Below, one piece after another: positions 45,950 to 61,699 of a stretch of DNA of 64,000 nt. Position 1 is the first letter of the stretch, and each line of letters starts with the position of its first letter. Source of the stretch: the human T2T-CHM13v2.0 reference genome, Homo sapiens; NCBI RefSeq assembly GCF_009914755.1, contig NC_060927.1; one strand, written 5' to 3'. The translations under genes were made by a program, and so were the position numbers. Below the pieces are notes generated by a model. That model worked only from the letters and a program-made list of their open reading frames with translations, searched no databases and was not told where the DNA came from.

Positions 45950-48560
45950 ACATATTTTTAGGTAGAGGAAGAGCATCTTTTTTGTCATTGATTACATTAT
46001 ATTCAGAGAATTTGATCAGTATGTTATCTATCCTTTGACATTAAGGTTTGTTTCATGGCCTCACTACATGGTTACTTTTTGTTCAGGTTCTCTATCTGCT
46101 TGAAGATAATTTATGTTTCATGAAACTTAACAGTTTTCTGTATATAAATAAAGCTTGTTAATTGTGTTGTTAAGATCTTCTGTAACCTTACTGATTTTTA
46201 TCTGCTTGGTTTATTAATAACTAACAAGGATGTGCTGTACTCTCCCACTGTGATGATGGATTAGTTTGTCCTTGTGTTTCTGGCAATTCTTGCTTTACAT
46301 ATTTTTAGATGCACACAAATTCAAACTGTTCCTAGGAAATGGAATCTCTTCATATTATATAATAACCCTTTATAGATGTTTTTAACTTTAAGTTCATTTT
46401 GTTTGATATTAACATAGCTATATAATCTTTCTTTTAATTAGTAGTTACTAATGTCTTTTCTGACCTTTTACTTTCAGCTTTACCATACCCTTATGTTCTG
46501 GTGAGTCTCATATAAATAACGTATAGCTAGGAATTATAATTGTTAAAATTGCTTTAATCCAGTTTTACAATTTTTATCTTTTAGCAGGATCATTTTGTCT
46601 ATGTTTATAGTAATTATTTGCTGTCTTATTTGATAATTCCATTTGTACCACCTTTTTGTTGCTTTTATCTCATTTCTTGGCTTCTTCTGAATTTTATTTT
46701 TATCTATTTCCTCTCTCTCTCTACCTTGTAATACATACTGTATTCCTATTCTATTAGGGATTAATGACCCTATAAATTCCATCTCACAAGTTAAATTCTC
46801 AAAAGTCTAAAGCTACTCAGTATATTAATCCTCCTCCAAAAAAATCTAAGGACTTCAAAACACTTTTAATTCTGAGCATACCCTCCCAGTTTTTATATTA
46901 TTGTTATTATATATTTTAGTTCTAACTTTAATTCCATAGGACATTATAATCTATTATTGTTCTATTAGGCAATTATTGGTTTAGATATACCAATATATTT
47001 AACACTTTCTTCGCCTCTTATTTCTTCTTTTATTCCAGACTTCTCTCTGGGACCACTTTCCTTCAATCTAAATGCATCCTTTTGAAGTTCCTTTAGTGGA
47101 AGTCTGCTCTTTGCACACTGTATTTATTTGAATCTGTCTTTATTTCACCATCGTTCTTGAGGATTTTTACTGGGTATAGAATGCTTGGTTGAGACTTGTT
47201 TTCTGTCAGTACATTGAAGATATTATTCCACCAACTTCTGGTTTCCCATTTTACTGTTGAAAAATCATCTATCTAATTGTCATTCCTTTTTTCCCTGGCT
47301 GTTTTTATGATCTTCCCTTTGTCTTTGATATTATACTATTTCATTTGTATGTACTTAAATGCAGATTTCTTTTATTTTGTCCTTACCAGGTTTCATTGAG
47401 CTTCCTGAGTCTGTAGATTAGTGTCTTTCTTCAGTTCTAGAAAATTCTTAGTTTATATTAACATTTCAAATATGGCTTCTGAACAGTTTTTTCTCTCCTT
47501 AATCTCTTATAACCTAGATTAGACACATGTTAGACTTTCTTTATCTTCACATCCCTTAACTACTCTTCAGTTATTCCATCTGTTTGGCTTTCCAGACTAT
47601 ATTCTGTGCAATTTCTTTGAATTTTTCTTCCAGTTTACTAATTCTCATTCCTTGATCTACAGTTGTTACCTATTTCATTTCCCAAAGTTTCTATTTGTTT
47701 TTCTAGTTTGACCATTTTCTATAGTCTTTTACTTTTTAAACTAGAAATACCAATCCGCTGTTTTTTTTTTTCTGACATATTAAGTATGTCTTACATGCTG
47801 TCTGATTATTTAAATATCTGAGGTCTTTGCAGCTCTGATTCTGCCATTTAATGTCACTGGCTTTCAATAATTGTATATTATTTTCTGTATGCTTTCAGAT
47901 TTTTTTATATGAAGTCACGTATCTCAGAATTTTATATGTAGGAATTCCTTGAGCCCTGAGTTGAAGGTAGTTTCCTCTAGAGAGGATTTCCATTTGTGCC
48001 AAATGCCAAAGGGGTATTTTCAGCCTAAAATCTTTTTAAACTGAATTTTTTGACCTAGGATCTTTGGGATTTTTTTCTTTTGTTTTGTTTTTGTTTTTTT
48101 TTCAGACCACCCAGTTAGTATGAATCTGCAAATTCTCGTGTGGGCTAGCTTGTTAGTATACCTTCTCAGTGGAGTTTATTTTCCCTCTAACTCCCAATGC
48201 CATAGTTCATGGAAAGCAGTTTTCCTTGCAGTCCTTTAGAGGTTGATTTTGTTTCTAAATTACCCTTTCGTCTGGGTAATGTGGGTACTTCCATCTGGGC
48301 ATTCTGACAGTTTAGCTCTTTGAAATCTCAGCTTTATGTGGGGCTGGGAGGACCCTGGGCTTTGTACTCTGTCTACATGCCCTATGATGTCATGAAAACT
48401 AAAATTTAAGTTTATGGAGTTTAACAAAACATTCTCAAAGCAAAAACCAGCTTTTGTGCTTTGCTTTACCTTTCTAGGTTTTCACTTTTATTCAGTCTTT
48501 GGCCTTGAATATTCCTAATATTACTTGCCATCTTATAGATGTATTTTTTGAAATATTGTA
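45950..48560 (-). mobile_element. Ancient L1M (L1ME/L1M4-type) 5' region: ORF1, inter-ORF and endonuclease remnants
   Basis: T-rich strand with tctttatttcacc..ttcttgaggatttttactgggtatagaat..ttgaagatattattccac, typical of antisense old L1; no intact ORF. Confidence 0.75.
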
Positions 48561-49424
48561 TATATTTTATTTTGCTTTTTAATATGTGTTGGATTTTTTG
48601 GGTTTTTTTTGTTTGTTTTGTTTTGTTGGTGAGACACTAGGTTAGGGTAGCTAATCCATTTCACCATCAGCAATGGACATTAGAACAATAATAATCTCAT
48701 ACCGAAAATCAGCCTGAAAACTATGTCTAAAAGGAAATATTTCAAATTAAGAAATGGAGTTTTAGCTTAACCCAGTACAGATTTACATCACAGCATTTCC
48801 ATTCATTGCTCAGCTTACTAATAAGCCACCAGTGATTTTTCAGTTGCCTAATTGTATAAACATTGTGTCCAAGATAAGGTCCAACTATTAACAAAACTAC
48901 ACTTTTTAAGTTCTAGTCATTCTTAGGTCTACATATTAATAGAAGAATCAGTCGGCTATCTAGAATAGCTATGATTCACTAACACTTATTAGTTAAATTT
49001 ATATTAAATACAATATAATAATTTTTCTGATTTTTTCACAGTTGTTACTTCTTAGTTCAGGCAAACACATTAGTCAGAGCCTGATGTAAAGAGGGATGGT
49101 CTAAGAGCTTCTGCTATGCTTTTACCAAACCTCTGTGAGAAATAGAATATCACTGGAGTCTCATTCCAGATGCTTCAAAGGGAAACTGTTCTTATGTGAA
49201 TGATGCCACTTTGAGAACTGCATCTTGAATTAAGAAGTTTTTCATAGTGCACTAGGCAAGTCTCCAATTTTGTATGGAGAACCATGTAATGTGAGGGCTT
49301 CACATCTTTGAAGAATTCCCAGGATATGGCAACTTTAAACTATTGACCTTCACTGAGAACTGTCATGAAAATAGTGCCCTGGCTTCTCCAAGTGGTCTAG
49401 AATGTGAGTAACCAAAAAATTATA

Positions 49425-49860
49425 CTTTGTCTAGGAAGTGTCCAGCTGTAATCATCCAAAAACCTGAACTCCCATTGGCTCAAACAATAGTGAAATATGT
49501 CACCACACAACAAAAAATCCAGCCTTGTGGCAGGTTCTAGACATAGCATGTTGCCTCTGACTCCCTGGTTCTTGTGGCTTTGATCTCTTCCCTTTGATGG
49601 CTTCATTGTCACACTGGTAGCAAGATGACCTCAGTAGTTCCAGGCATCTCATCCAAACCTGCAACACCCAGAGGTGGAGAAGGTGCCATCTCTTCTGGTG
49701 TCTCTTTAGGAGCCAGTAAGCCTTTCCCATAACTCTCCCCCAATTCCTTACTCCATCTCACCCACCCTCAAAGGCTTGCCCTTATGCCTTATTGTCTGGA
49801 ACTGCCAAAGGGAAAGAGAATGACATAACTAGCTTATAAATCAATCAGATTTTATCCTTG
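49425..49860 (-). mobile_element. MLT1K/L-like MaLR LTR
   Basis: tggctcaaacaata..ggtagcaagatgacctcagtagttccaggcatctcatcc..agcctttccca. Confidence 0.65.
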
Positions 49861-50176
49861 ATCTAAACATAGGTCAAGTTCATGTCGATCATGTGGGCTT
49901 AATGGATTATTCTAAGTTATCTTTTACATAAATTCTAAGCGTACTATTGGCCTGTATTTTTCTTCACAAAGAAGATGAGGCCCCTGTTGGTGCTGATCCC
50001 CCAAAACAGAGCTGAATTAGAAGTGATCAGGACAGTGACTGGAGGAGGAGTGGCAATGCCTTGCTAAGATGCAAGCATGATGCTCTGTGTGTCTGTTCTC
50101 TCAAGTGTTACTGGGAAGAAATCTGGGGATTTTTAGAAGACACCTTTCTGCTTTCAGGTATCTCTATTTCCAGTAA

Positions 50177-50496
<320 letters not shown>

Positions 50497-53400
50497 GGCA
50501 TCTAGACATTTTTTAATAGGCATTTAGTAACAGTAACAAATATTATTGTTCATTTTATAGAATTTGAAGTCTTCTCAATCTAAGACTAGATTTTGGTTTT
50601 TTAAGGTATGAGGTTTTATGGATCTTTTTACTATCATGTAGGTATCTAAGAATTACATCATTTGTTTGACAAAAGCAGATAGCTAATTCCTTTAAAGTTA
50701 GCTATTTTAAAGTAATCTTCAATTGCTTTAATCTCAAATCATTTATACTCTACAGATAATTTATTTTTCTGTGATGAGCAGAAATAGTTTCATGCTGATT
50801 GAGAATGATTTTTGTTTGCCAGCATCCCTTTATCAAATATAGAGATACTTAAAAATATCTTTAGGTTTTACTTCCCTCCACCCCAACCCAAGACGTTTTG
50901 AAGGTAAAAAATCTGGCTCCCCCTTTGCCAAATCCACAAATATTTCTGTGAGTTGCTCTACAGTTTTCTTCTTTTTGAAGCTGGGTGTCAAGATATTCAG
51001 TATTCATTTATTAAGGACCTGCTATGTTAAGTGAGATACATTTTGGAGGAGGAAGGCCAGTTAACATAGAACCAGCATATAATAGCTTCAGTAAATTTTC
51101 TTTCCTCTCTGCTATGATACTCAAAGTTTTTTTGTGATATTGCAGAAAGTAAGACAAATCTCCTGCTTTAAGACAATTACAGCTAGGAGTTGGTTGGAGA
51201 GGTATTAATAGAAAAGGAGATAGGATGGTTAAAAACTAAGTAGATTGCATAAGATACATAAATAAAATACTCTTTCAGTGCTAAGGGAGAAGATCTGTAT
51301 CTGAAAAGGTGTAAGAGAAGGTGGCACTTAGGAGTTCAGGTGAAGATCTGCCCCATTTGTTCATCTGTTGTGGGTGCCTAACAGGAGCTAGTCTGGTGCC
51401 AGGTCTGGCCAGAGGTGGATTCACTGGCCCCATTAGCTTTGTGTGCTGGTGTGCTATTTTCTTGTTTCCACTTTTAGTTGTCACCTTTTTGTTTTGGGTT
51501 GGTTTTTTGATACTTCTAAAGTCTGTGTTGCTTATTATTTCTTTTGCTCATGGAAGAAATGTAGGATAATGCTGAATTTACTCTGAATTTAGATCTTAGG
51601 GCAATTTGCTTTCTTACAGCAAGGAGGAAAGTGAATACTTTAATTTTTTAAATGTAGGAAGTTTACTATCTTGCAGAAAGACTGTTTCAAGATATTTCCT
51701 CATAAAAACGATATTATTAATTATGGAGTTGATTCCCAGACTAGCACAAGGAAGCTTACTCAACCCATAATAAAGCTGAAAACTCCATTTAGGTAACTGT
51801 GATAGTATGGTGATTTTGTAGCACAATAATAGCATAATTCACAAGGTTTATATGTACTCCTATTATTACAGTACGGAGTAGAGAACAATATTCTTGCAAA
51901 CGTATAGAGTTCAAGCTATATTTAGGTCAGCTAGCTTTTTGTGGACTAGCTGGGACCCTATGTGTTACACGAAACATGATATTTAATTAACAAATGTGTT
52001 CCAGGTTCCCACTTTGGATTCCAGGTGAATACCTCCCTGTCACATCCATGGCAGCCTCAGGCCAACTAACCTGAAGAAAAGTAGCTCTGGAAATACTCTT
52101 GCCCTCCAGGTGCCATCCTTCGAACAGGGTGTAGGCTGGCTTTTTATATAGAGAGAATGTTCACAACTCAGGTGTTCATAACCCAGAGAATGCTTATATA
52201 TATATAGTGGCCAGGATGGTTAAACTTAACTATATTTTATTCTTAGCTGTCTCAGGTTCAAGCATGATAGCATGTTCTTTTAGGCAACTTGCAGTCACCC
52301 ATGTTCACTGCTGGAAAAGCTGAAAACATCCCTCTTTAAAGAATGAATCATAATCCAACTAGCTTTGCAGTTGGTCTCATATATTTAGTGAGCTTTCAGT
52401 CAGCAGGACTTTTTTTTTTTTTTTTTTACTATGTATCCCATAACATATGAATGGTAATATTTGTGGCTTATTCAAGGTACTGTATTTCCTTCCGCTCATG
52501 GGCAAGAGCTTATTTTTTGGCTGATCTCCTTTTGCAGAAGAGGCCAAGTTCCTGGTGGTGTTTGCTAGATATAGTTTAGGGAACTTAGTTCACAATAGCA
52601 TAACTATGAACCCATGGTAATTTTTTTTAACCTATAGATTGGTTTTCGTATACCAAAAGGGGATAATCAGTGCAGATCGAAATAAACATTCATTTCTTAT
52701 CACTGTACATGTAATACCACACTTCCACATGTTGTCTTCCTTAATCTCCTTCATCTTTGATGGAAAACCTCTTCCTTTTAACTACTCTCCATCAAGTTTT
52801 CTGTTGACTCAGGACAATACCCTAGCAGCCTTCACCCATAGAATAGGTGCCTCCTTAAAAGACTGGTTAAATGTTGGCTAAACTCTAGCAGTGATTGCTA
52901 GAAAAGAAAACAATGTTGATGTTTGGTCAGGGCTGGACAAAGGAACCCATCATCTATGTTTGGTCAAGCTCTAAGCTGTAAAGATAGTCTTTTTGTAGAG
53001 GAGACATGTGGCTCACTGGAGGAGGGAACCATTTGCTTCTGCAGGGAACTGCCACGGTTCCATATTATAAAGCATGAGTCATGGATGTCTTTGTGATTAC
53101 ACATCCTTCTTCACATATGTGGAATAAACTTTTAGAAAAAAAAAAGGAAGTTAAGGGAAAACAGAAGTGTGAATAACTGCTAATGGTGCTCTCACTGGCT
53201 CCATTCCGTCTGCTATTTCATGATACATAAAGGGAGTAGGTCAGAGATTCCTTTCCTGGCAAATAAGTGGCAACATATGTTTGAAACAGTGAATGGAAAC
53301 TATAGGAGGAAAATGACAGGCATATGCAAAAGGAAGGCAAGGGAAAATTTGTTGCCCTAATGTTAGCCACATAATTGGTATGCTTTTCTAGAGAGAGGCT

Positions 53401-54108
53401 GTTTCATTTTAAACAGTCTGCATGCCCCATTAGTACAGCATTTCTGTGTGTGAAGTGTATATATTTTCTAGGCTTTGGGGATTTTGGTTTTTTTCATGAA
53501 TGGTAGTCACCTTAAGCTACTGAGGCTTCATACAGAGTCCTTTGAGAGAAAGGTTCCCAAAAGAGAACGTAGTCAGGAAATAGGACCCTTTATTAAAGTA
53601 GTAAGAACAAAAAGAGAGGAAGTAGTTAACAACAACTATTTTGATGGGCTAAGAACAAAGGAACAGGCACCAAATTACTATCTTCTGGAGTGCTCTTCAT
53701 TTAAATTATAATTCTACAATGATAGTGTTGATTCATTTGTTGCCATAGCAACCGAACCTTTGTTCAGTAGAGTTTTGAGATTCTATAAGGTTCCAGAGGA
53801 CTAGGGTTTAACGGTTTTTGTTCCACAATATATTCATAAGCAATGTTGCCTACTAATAAATTGAAAGCACAGTGATTTTCTTTGAAAAAATAATTTTCAT
53901 AACAAATCAGTGTATACAACGGGTGCTGAAGTCCATTTCCACTCACCTGTCATACATGGCTAATAAATAGAAAATGTATTTTCAGTCGCAAAATTTAATT
54001 ATGGCCAATTGGAGAAAAGTGCTAGAGAGAATGATTTGTTTCTCAGAACAAATTTTTTTTTCTTTCTTTGCATAGAAATGATTGTGATTAAGAATATTGT
54101 CAACTTTT

Positions 54109-54414
54109 GGCCAAGCATGGTGGCTCACGCCTGTAATCCCAGCATTTTGGGAGGCAGAGGTGGGCAGATCACTTGAGGCCAGAAGTTCGAGACCAGCCTA
54201 GCCAACATAGTGAAACCCAATCTCTACTAAAAATACAAAAATTAACCGGGTGTTGTGGTGCACACCTGTAATCCCAGCTACTTGGGAGACTGGGGCAGGA
54301 GAATCGCTCGAACCCAGGAGGCCTCCGCGGGAGGAGGTTGCAGGGAGCCGAGATTGCACCATTGCACTCCAGCCTGGGGGACAAGAGCTAGACTTTGTCT
54401 CAAAAAAAAAAAAA
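54109..54414 (+). mobile_element. Alu (AluS-like) with a small inverted insertion in the right arm
   Basis: Full dimer and poly-A. Confidence 0.95.
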
Positions 54415-55516
54415 GTTGGCTTACTTGTTCTATACCTTTGACAGTAAATACAGCTCAAAACAAAGCTAAGAAAAACAAGTGAAAGTTTGCCATTATATAC
54501 CTCAACTAATTTGTGTTCATTTGCCTGACACCAAATTTTGAATTTTCTTTACTAGTTATTTTTTTAGATCTTGAGTAGTCTATATTCTCTAAGGCTTAAT
54601 ATTATTGCCAAGACAATGGGATGCCTTATGATGGAGTGCTGGGGTATCGTGTATTTGAGGAGAAATCCAGAATACTGAAAGTAGAAAACCAAAATTGTGT
54701 TTTTGAGATTTGGGAAGCAATGAGGTTCTGAGCTGGTTAGTTTATTATATTTTTTGTCATACCACTATCTCATATTTTACCTTGACCAGATGGGGATGTC
54801 CAGGATGGATGATGGTGATCATAGAGGGATTCTGTAAGAGAACTCCACTACAGAGAATCTCCTATAGTGTGTCAAAGCTTTCTGCTGAAATATATGTGGT
54901 AAAACAAATGACCACGAATATGTCCAGTGTTCATAGTTAAATGAAGTTTTCCATGTTTCTCGTCACCATGAATAATTGAGAACCAACTCTATTAAGAAAA
55001 GATATCCTACCTCCAATTCTGATTCCTCATACCAATGTTACATTTAATTTTCTCACATTGGTTTTTTTTTCTCCAGTTAGTCGTCAGAATGTATTTATTT
55101 TTAAATAGGCTTATCTAAGTTATTAGACTCTCAAGGAAACTTTCAAAAGCAGGCAGGCTTGGTTTAAATGTAGCTTATTTGAGGGTTTAGATATGATACA
55201 ATATTTTTGTTGCATATTTTGACATTTTTGAAGGTTATTTGGAAAAAAAGTATATCTTTATATTGTAGGTAGCATTATTTTTAGAGCTGTATTGTAGGTG
55301 TATGGAATGAAAGATTGCAAACAAATTATACTATATGGAATTACACAATGACCAGGGCCTGTGTTTGTCTTGATTCATAAGCCCAACTTCATCTTTTCAT
55401 TCCATTATAAATAGAAACCTGGAAAGATCAGCTAAATAAAAATTATGTTTTGTGGTGACAAATTTCCATCTGGAATTATGACATGCACCCACTCACACAT
55501 TAAAAATATATGTGCA

Positions 55517-55826
<310 letters not shown>

Positions 55827-56789
55827 TCACATCATCCTAGCAGTTTTGTTTTTGCTTTGTTTTAATAAGGCTTGAACTATTACATATGAATACCAGAAGA
55901 AGGTACAATTGAATGAGGTATATTGCATGAACACTGACTCTGAAGCTCTAATCGAAGTTTAGCTTTATTTCAAACTACTCTCTTATTAGATACTTATTAA
56001 TACCAATCAAATTTCTGTTGCTAGTTTCATCACCTGAGAAGGCTGGAACACACATACTGAAAAAAAAATGTGGTTATTCCTCCTTATTAGGACCTCAAAG
56101 ACAGCTACAGTGAATGTGCTTTGATTATATTAGATGGAGATTTTATGTGTGCATTTATTTAGAGACTTAAACTGGGAACTCATTTCTTTTTATCTAAAAA
56201 TATCTTTTAAAAGAATGTAGTTTCTGATGTTCGTTGATCTTTATTTTGCATCATATAAAGAGTCTGCTCAGTTTTATTTTGAACAGGACACTTGGTTATA
56301 ATTTTCAAAAGCAGATTTTTGGTTTCCAATACCAAGTTATTACACTTTATGGGTGTTTTGGTCATTTCTTATTATGATGCATTCCTTTAGCCTTAATGAG
56401 CATAACTAATGCACTAGAGTTAAAAATGGAAATCTCATATTTTAAGATCATATTGGAAATTATTCTACCTAAATCTTTTTACAAAGTTTTCCATGAATTA
56501 TATTAATGACACAACTAAACAAGTTATTGTATATAAAGGATTTAGTTTTTTTGTGAGATCTAAATGGTAGCTGTTGTGATTGCTGTTGTTGCTTTTTTCT
56601 AGCAGTTTCCTAACCCCTATTGCATTCTTCAGCAAACTATTTCTAGGACAAAGTACTAGGAATCTGACATAAAGTACACTGTTCCTGAAATTGTTATGAT
56701 AGATGCTTTGGACTCCCACCTCCTTGATTGTGATTCCATTATGGTCCACCTTCAGGGCATCTTTTCTTAATGCACATTAACTCCCAGGG

Positions 56790-56960
56790 TGATGAACCAG
56801 ACTCCCTGGGTTTGCATGTTGAATTGCATAACTTCTCTGTGCCACCGTTTTCTCATCTGTAAAATGGGAATGGTGAGAGTACCTTCCTCATAGGGTTGTT
56901 ATATTTAAATGAGTTACAAACTTTAAGTGCTTAGAGTAGGGCTTAACTAGTTAGCTGTTA
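56790..56960 (+). mobile_element. MIR
   Basis: taacttctctgtgccaccgttttctcatctgtaaaatggga..acct..tcatagggttgtt. Confidence 0.8.
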
Positions 56961-57334
56961 CTAGTACATTCCTAAGGTGCTAAATACGGTGTTCTGGTTC
57001 TACTGGATCTTTGAAATCGTATAATTCTGAGGTCAGAACCAACTTGTCAGGACTTTAGGATGAAATAAATATAAATGTATGTGAAAGCGATTTGAAAAGT
57101 TAGTATGTAATACATATCTAGAACAGTGTTTCACACATAGCAGGTATTCAGTAAATATGTATTGGATGAATTAATTTAAAAATTAAAAATATTATATATA
57201 ATGGTGATATCATTAGTAAAATTTATGACTACAGGATGGAAGTCAAAACCACTCAACCTCCTTGAGTTTGAGACAGAATATTCAACTCATCTACATTGAT
57301 GAGGTGCAAAAAACAAAGATGGTGATGATGAGGA

Positions 57335-57600
57335 TATTAATAACAACTAACACATACCTGGTGCTTCTTGTATGTTAAACACTATTTTTAACCCTTTATA
57401 TTGATATAAATTAATTCATTTAATCTTTACAGCAGCCCTATAAGGGTTATCCCCATTGAATAGATGAAGAAACTGAGTCTCTAAGAGGTCATAAATAACC
57501 AGATTTCAGATGAGATAGAGTGCGTTCAGGGTGGTATGGCCATAGACAAGATTTCAAACCAAGGAAGTTTGGCCCCAAATGCCATACCTTTAGCCCTATG
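57335..57600 (-). mobile_element. MIR
   Basis: ttcatttaatctttacagcagccctat..agatgaagaaactgagtct. Confidence 0.8.
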
Positions 57601-57744
57601 TTATAACTAAGGTGTAATTTCATAAAAGTTATTTGTTCCAACCATTTCTTCACACACTTAATATTCATCAGAACTTCCATAAAGTACCAAATGGGCTGAT
57701 CATTGTGTAATCTTCCCTCTTTCTTCTTTTCCACGCAAGTCTTA

Positions 57745-57913
57745 AGTGCTGATACTCAAACTGAGCTGCACGTTGGAACTACCTGGTGTGAGCTTTTAGC
57801 ACAGTTGCTGTTTCAGCCTCAGAGATTCTGACCTAATTGATGTGCCCCGGTTATCAGGTTTTTTAAAAGCTTCTCTGGTGATTCTTACATGTAGCAAAGT
57901 GTTAGAAGCACTG
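57745..57913. mobile_element. MER5A-like hAT element
   Basis: cagagattctgacctaattg..ttttttaaaagcttctctggtgattct..gttagaagcactg. Confidence 0.7.
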
Positions 57914-60054
57914 ATCTAAAGGAAAATGAAATTGGCCTAGGCCCTAGAGTATGCCTGAGGGGAAGGGGCATGATGGTAGTAGGATCTGGACCCTGGAGAA
58001 TCCAGGAGTTGAAACTCAAGCCAGTTTGCTTTGCTTCTTATTGATAATTATGAAGGCAGGCAGGGAATACTGGGTGGAAATACTGGATAACATTTGGTGT
58101 GGAATTTACCAAAGGATTAAACTGTATACAACATTCTTTTAACTTGTTATTTAATACAAATCAAGTAAGCTTTAGTATTGCTTTAAGGATTGGGTCTTAG
58201 ATGGTCATTACAAATCTTCAGGAAAGTGTTGTTTAGAAAAACAAAATGGCTACACGTTGAAATAGGATAGTACCTTCCTTTAGAGATGCCAACTTAATTG
58301 CTCCAATGAGAAGAGTAGTCTCCCTTTACTAAACTGTTTAGGAAAATTGATATTTATTTCTAATGTTTATGGTTTGTTGTCTCAGAAGATTAATGCCAAA
58401 TCCTCAAAAATGTAGTGACAAGCGATGACTCATTTTAGCTCATGTCAAAACAATGCACTTTTGTAATTTTCCTGTCCCTGGAGAAGCTATTAAACACTGA
58501 ACAAAATGCCTCAGAATGAAACTGATTGAGTGTTTCAAATTATGTACTTTTGCTTGGCTATTAGCCAGATGTTCGTCGGGAAAGCTCACTGTACATCAAG
58601 GCCTATGATTTGTGCTGACAATAATATTACATAGTTTACACTGCTTAAATATCAGCGATGTGTATTCTAAAGCTAAATAGTCAAAGTTCAGTCTCTTTGC
58701 ATAATCAAGTTGTGTAACTCTACTCTCAGCCAAGTGATTTTTCCTTTATTAACTCTGGACGGGATGTAAGTAATGGGTAAGGTATTTTTCTCTGCATTAT
58801 CTTGTTGATAAATAGCACAGATTCCAGCTAGGTTAGGAAGAGTCTCAACACACACACATACACACACATTTTTAAGATTTATACATTTGATTTTTTTGTG
58901 AGTGGTACCACCTGCCTTGTCCCTAGTAGAGCTCAGCATAATGTTTTTTGTGTAGTAGGTACACAAAATATGTGTTGCTGATAATGATGCCAATAAACAA
59001 AACAAAACACAGAGTGTTTTTTTCATTAATTTCCTATAATCTGCCAGTAATATATGAGGTCTTACAAGAATCAGTGTTAAGCCAACTATGTTTTATTTTT
59101 TAGAGACAAAATATTTAAATGATTGGCTTGCTTTCACTGACCTCCTAAGTAATAGAAATATTCATGATGTTATATTAGACATTTGTGGAGGACAATAAAA
59201 TTAGTGTAACTGACTCTTAGTATTCGAGACATTCTTAGTACCATGTGACATTTTTTTGAGTAGGAATTTGGGGGCATGGTCTCTTGACAACCAAAAGTAT
59301 GAGGTTACTCATAACAGTTTCTATTACACCCAGCACCTGGGAAAGAGTCAGTGCTGAATAGATATCTGTTGAATTGAACTGAATTGAACAGATATTCAAC
59401 TCATTCTCATTTGCTCATGTTTTACAAGAAGCAGTTTCTCAGATGCATTTCCATGGGAGGACATGAAAAAAGGTAGTGAAAATGAAATACCTTCTGATTC
59501 TATGGCATGGTAATAGGAAGTTATCTTGATATATAAGGGTATCTAGCTGTCAGCTCATTCTGAGGAAATGGTGTGAAGGGTAGTAATTCAAACTATATCT
59601 GAAAACTATAGTTTTGATCCAGGGAAGAAACCTTGGATTATAGTCCATTGTTACCAGTAGACACTGGACAACCAAAAAGATTAACAAGTCAACAAAATGC
59701 TTGTCAGGAAGAGATTCACACTAAATCAATAGTGTGATCTTATTTTTTATTAAAAATCAGGCATATCCATGTTATGCTTTCTACTATTCTAGTTGCCTGT
59801 CATGGAAAAGGTTTAACAGAATTTGGAGGTTACACAGACAGAATGGTAATGGGGTAACTTCCATGTGAAGATAGTCTGAAATTTAGATGATAAATTGATA
59901 GATTAAAGAGGAAAAAAATCTATGAAAGTGATTTATTTAAAGCAACTAAAATCTATAAAATCATAAGCAGTGTGGCAGGACAAATACTCCTGTTCACCTA
60001 AACCTAGAACTGTTAGAATCTGAGGTTTCATGATTAAGGATATAAACAAATGGT

Positions 60055-60581
<527 letters not shown>

Positions 60582-61699
60582 ATGTATGCATGTTTTAAAG
60601 AATTTTCCATATGGGTTAGGTGGACCAAAAAAAAAGTAGGTTTAGAAGAATTTTGATAGATTTATGGATGATTCCAAAAATTGGCTGTTAGGAGTAATTC
60701 ATTTTTTAAGCTTGCATCTTAACAGGACCCTACACAACATCCTTGTAGCTACCATGAGAAACTGGGACCCTGGGCTGGTTGGATCAGTGACGTGGCCCCC
60801 AAAAAAGTGTGTCTTTTTTTACTAAGATGCTTCATATAGAAAACTACACAATGCTCTTTTCTTATTTCTGAGGCAGAAATAAGAAATAATAGAGCTGTCG
60901 TCCCCTGCTGCTTCATTTAATGGTACTCATTTGTCCTAAATAAAAAACTCTTCATTTGGTAATAGAAAAATATGGCTTCAAGTAATAGAAACAAGCCCAA
61001 GCTAATTGAGTTAAGCAAGATCTCTGGCCAGGAAGAGTAACTGTTGAGATATGCATCTTGTTTTTCTAAGCAAACACTCCTATTTCAGAATCTGATTGGA
61101 CCTTAAAATCTGCTTACCTGGTTTAAGCTGCCCAATTTTCAGACAAGCACTTTACATTTCTGGCAATAGTGAGTGTGATGAATGTTTTTGTTATTATTGC
61201 TCTTAATGATAAGTGTATGGCTTTCATTACAATAAACAAAGGTCTATAAGGGCCATAGGCCAGATTGTTTCACCATTAGAATGTGCTTATTTTATTTTCA
61301 TCATTTGCTAGTATTTTTGTTCCTAATCTTGGAAGAGATCTTTCAGTAGGGAGAGAAAACATTGCTATCCAATCAAGTATTTGTAACCATTTTCAGTAGT
61401 AGAATCTGCCTGGCAAAAATTTATTTGGTTTCTATGAAGGCAGTGTTTTCAGCCCTAGCATTTTTGAATTATCAAATTAAAATAGAGCTTTTTAAAAATA
61501 TATTTACTATGCTTCTTTAGAATAGGATATTCCATTAAAATGAGGTCAAAGAGCCTTCCAAACATTAATTCTTGTTATTTTGACATCTTTTTATTTCAAA
61601 CATAGTAAGCCTTGAGGTTTCCTTACTTTTCTCTTTTTTTTGTTTTTTTGTTTGTTTGTTTTTACTTTTCTTTATGGCTGCTTATTGCCTTCCAGTCAA

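Noticed and set aside
54101-54418. Alu apparently flanked by an inverted repeat caactttt/aaaagttg
   Set aside because: Half of the match is the poly-A tail; better explained as a decayed direct TSD plus chance.
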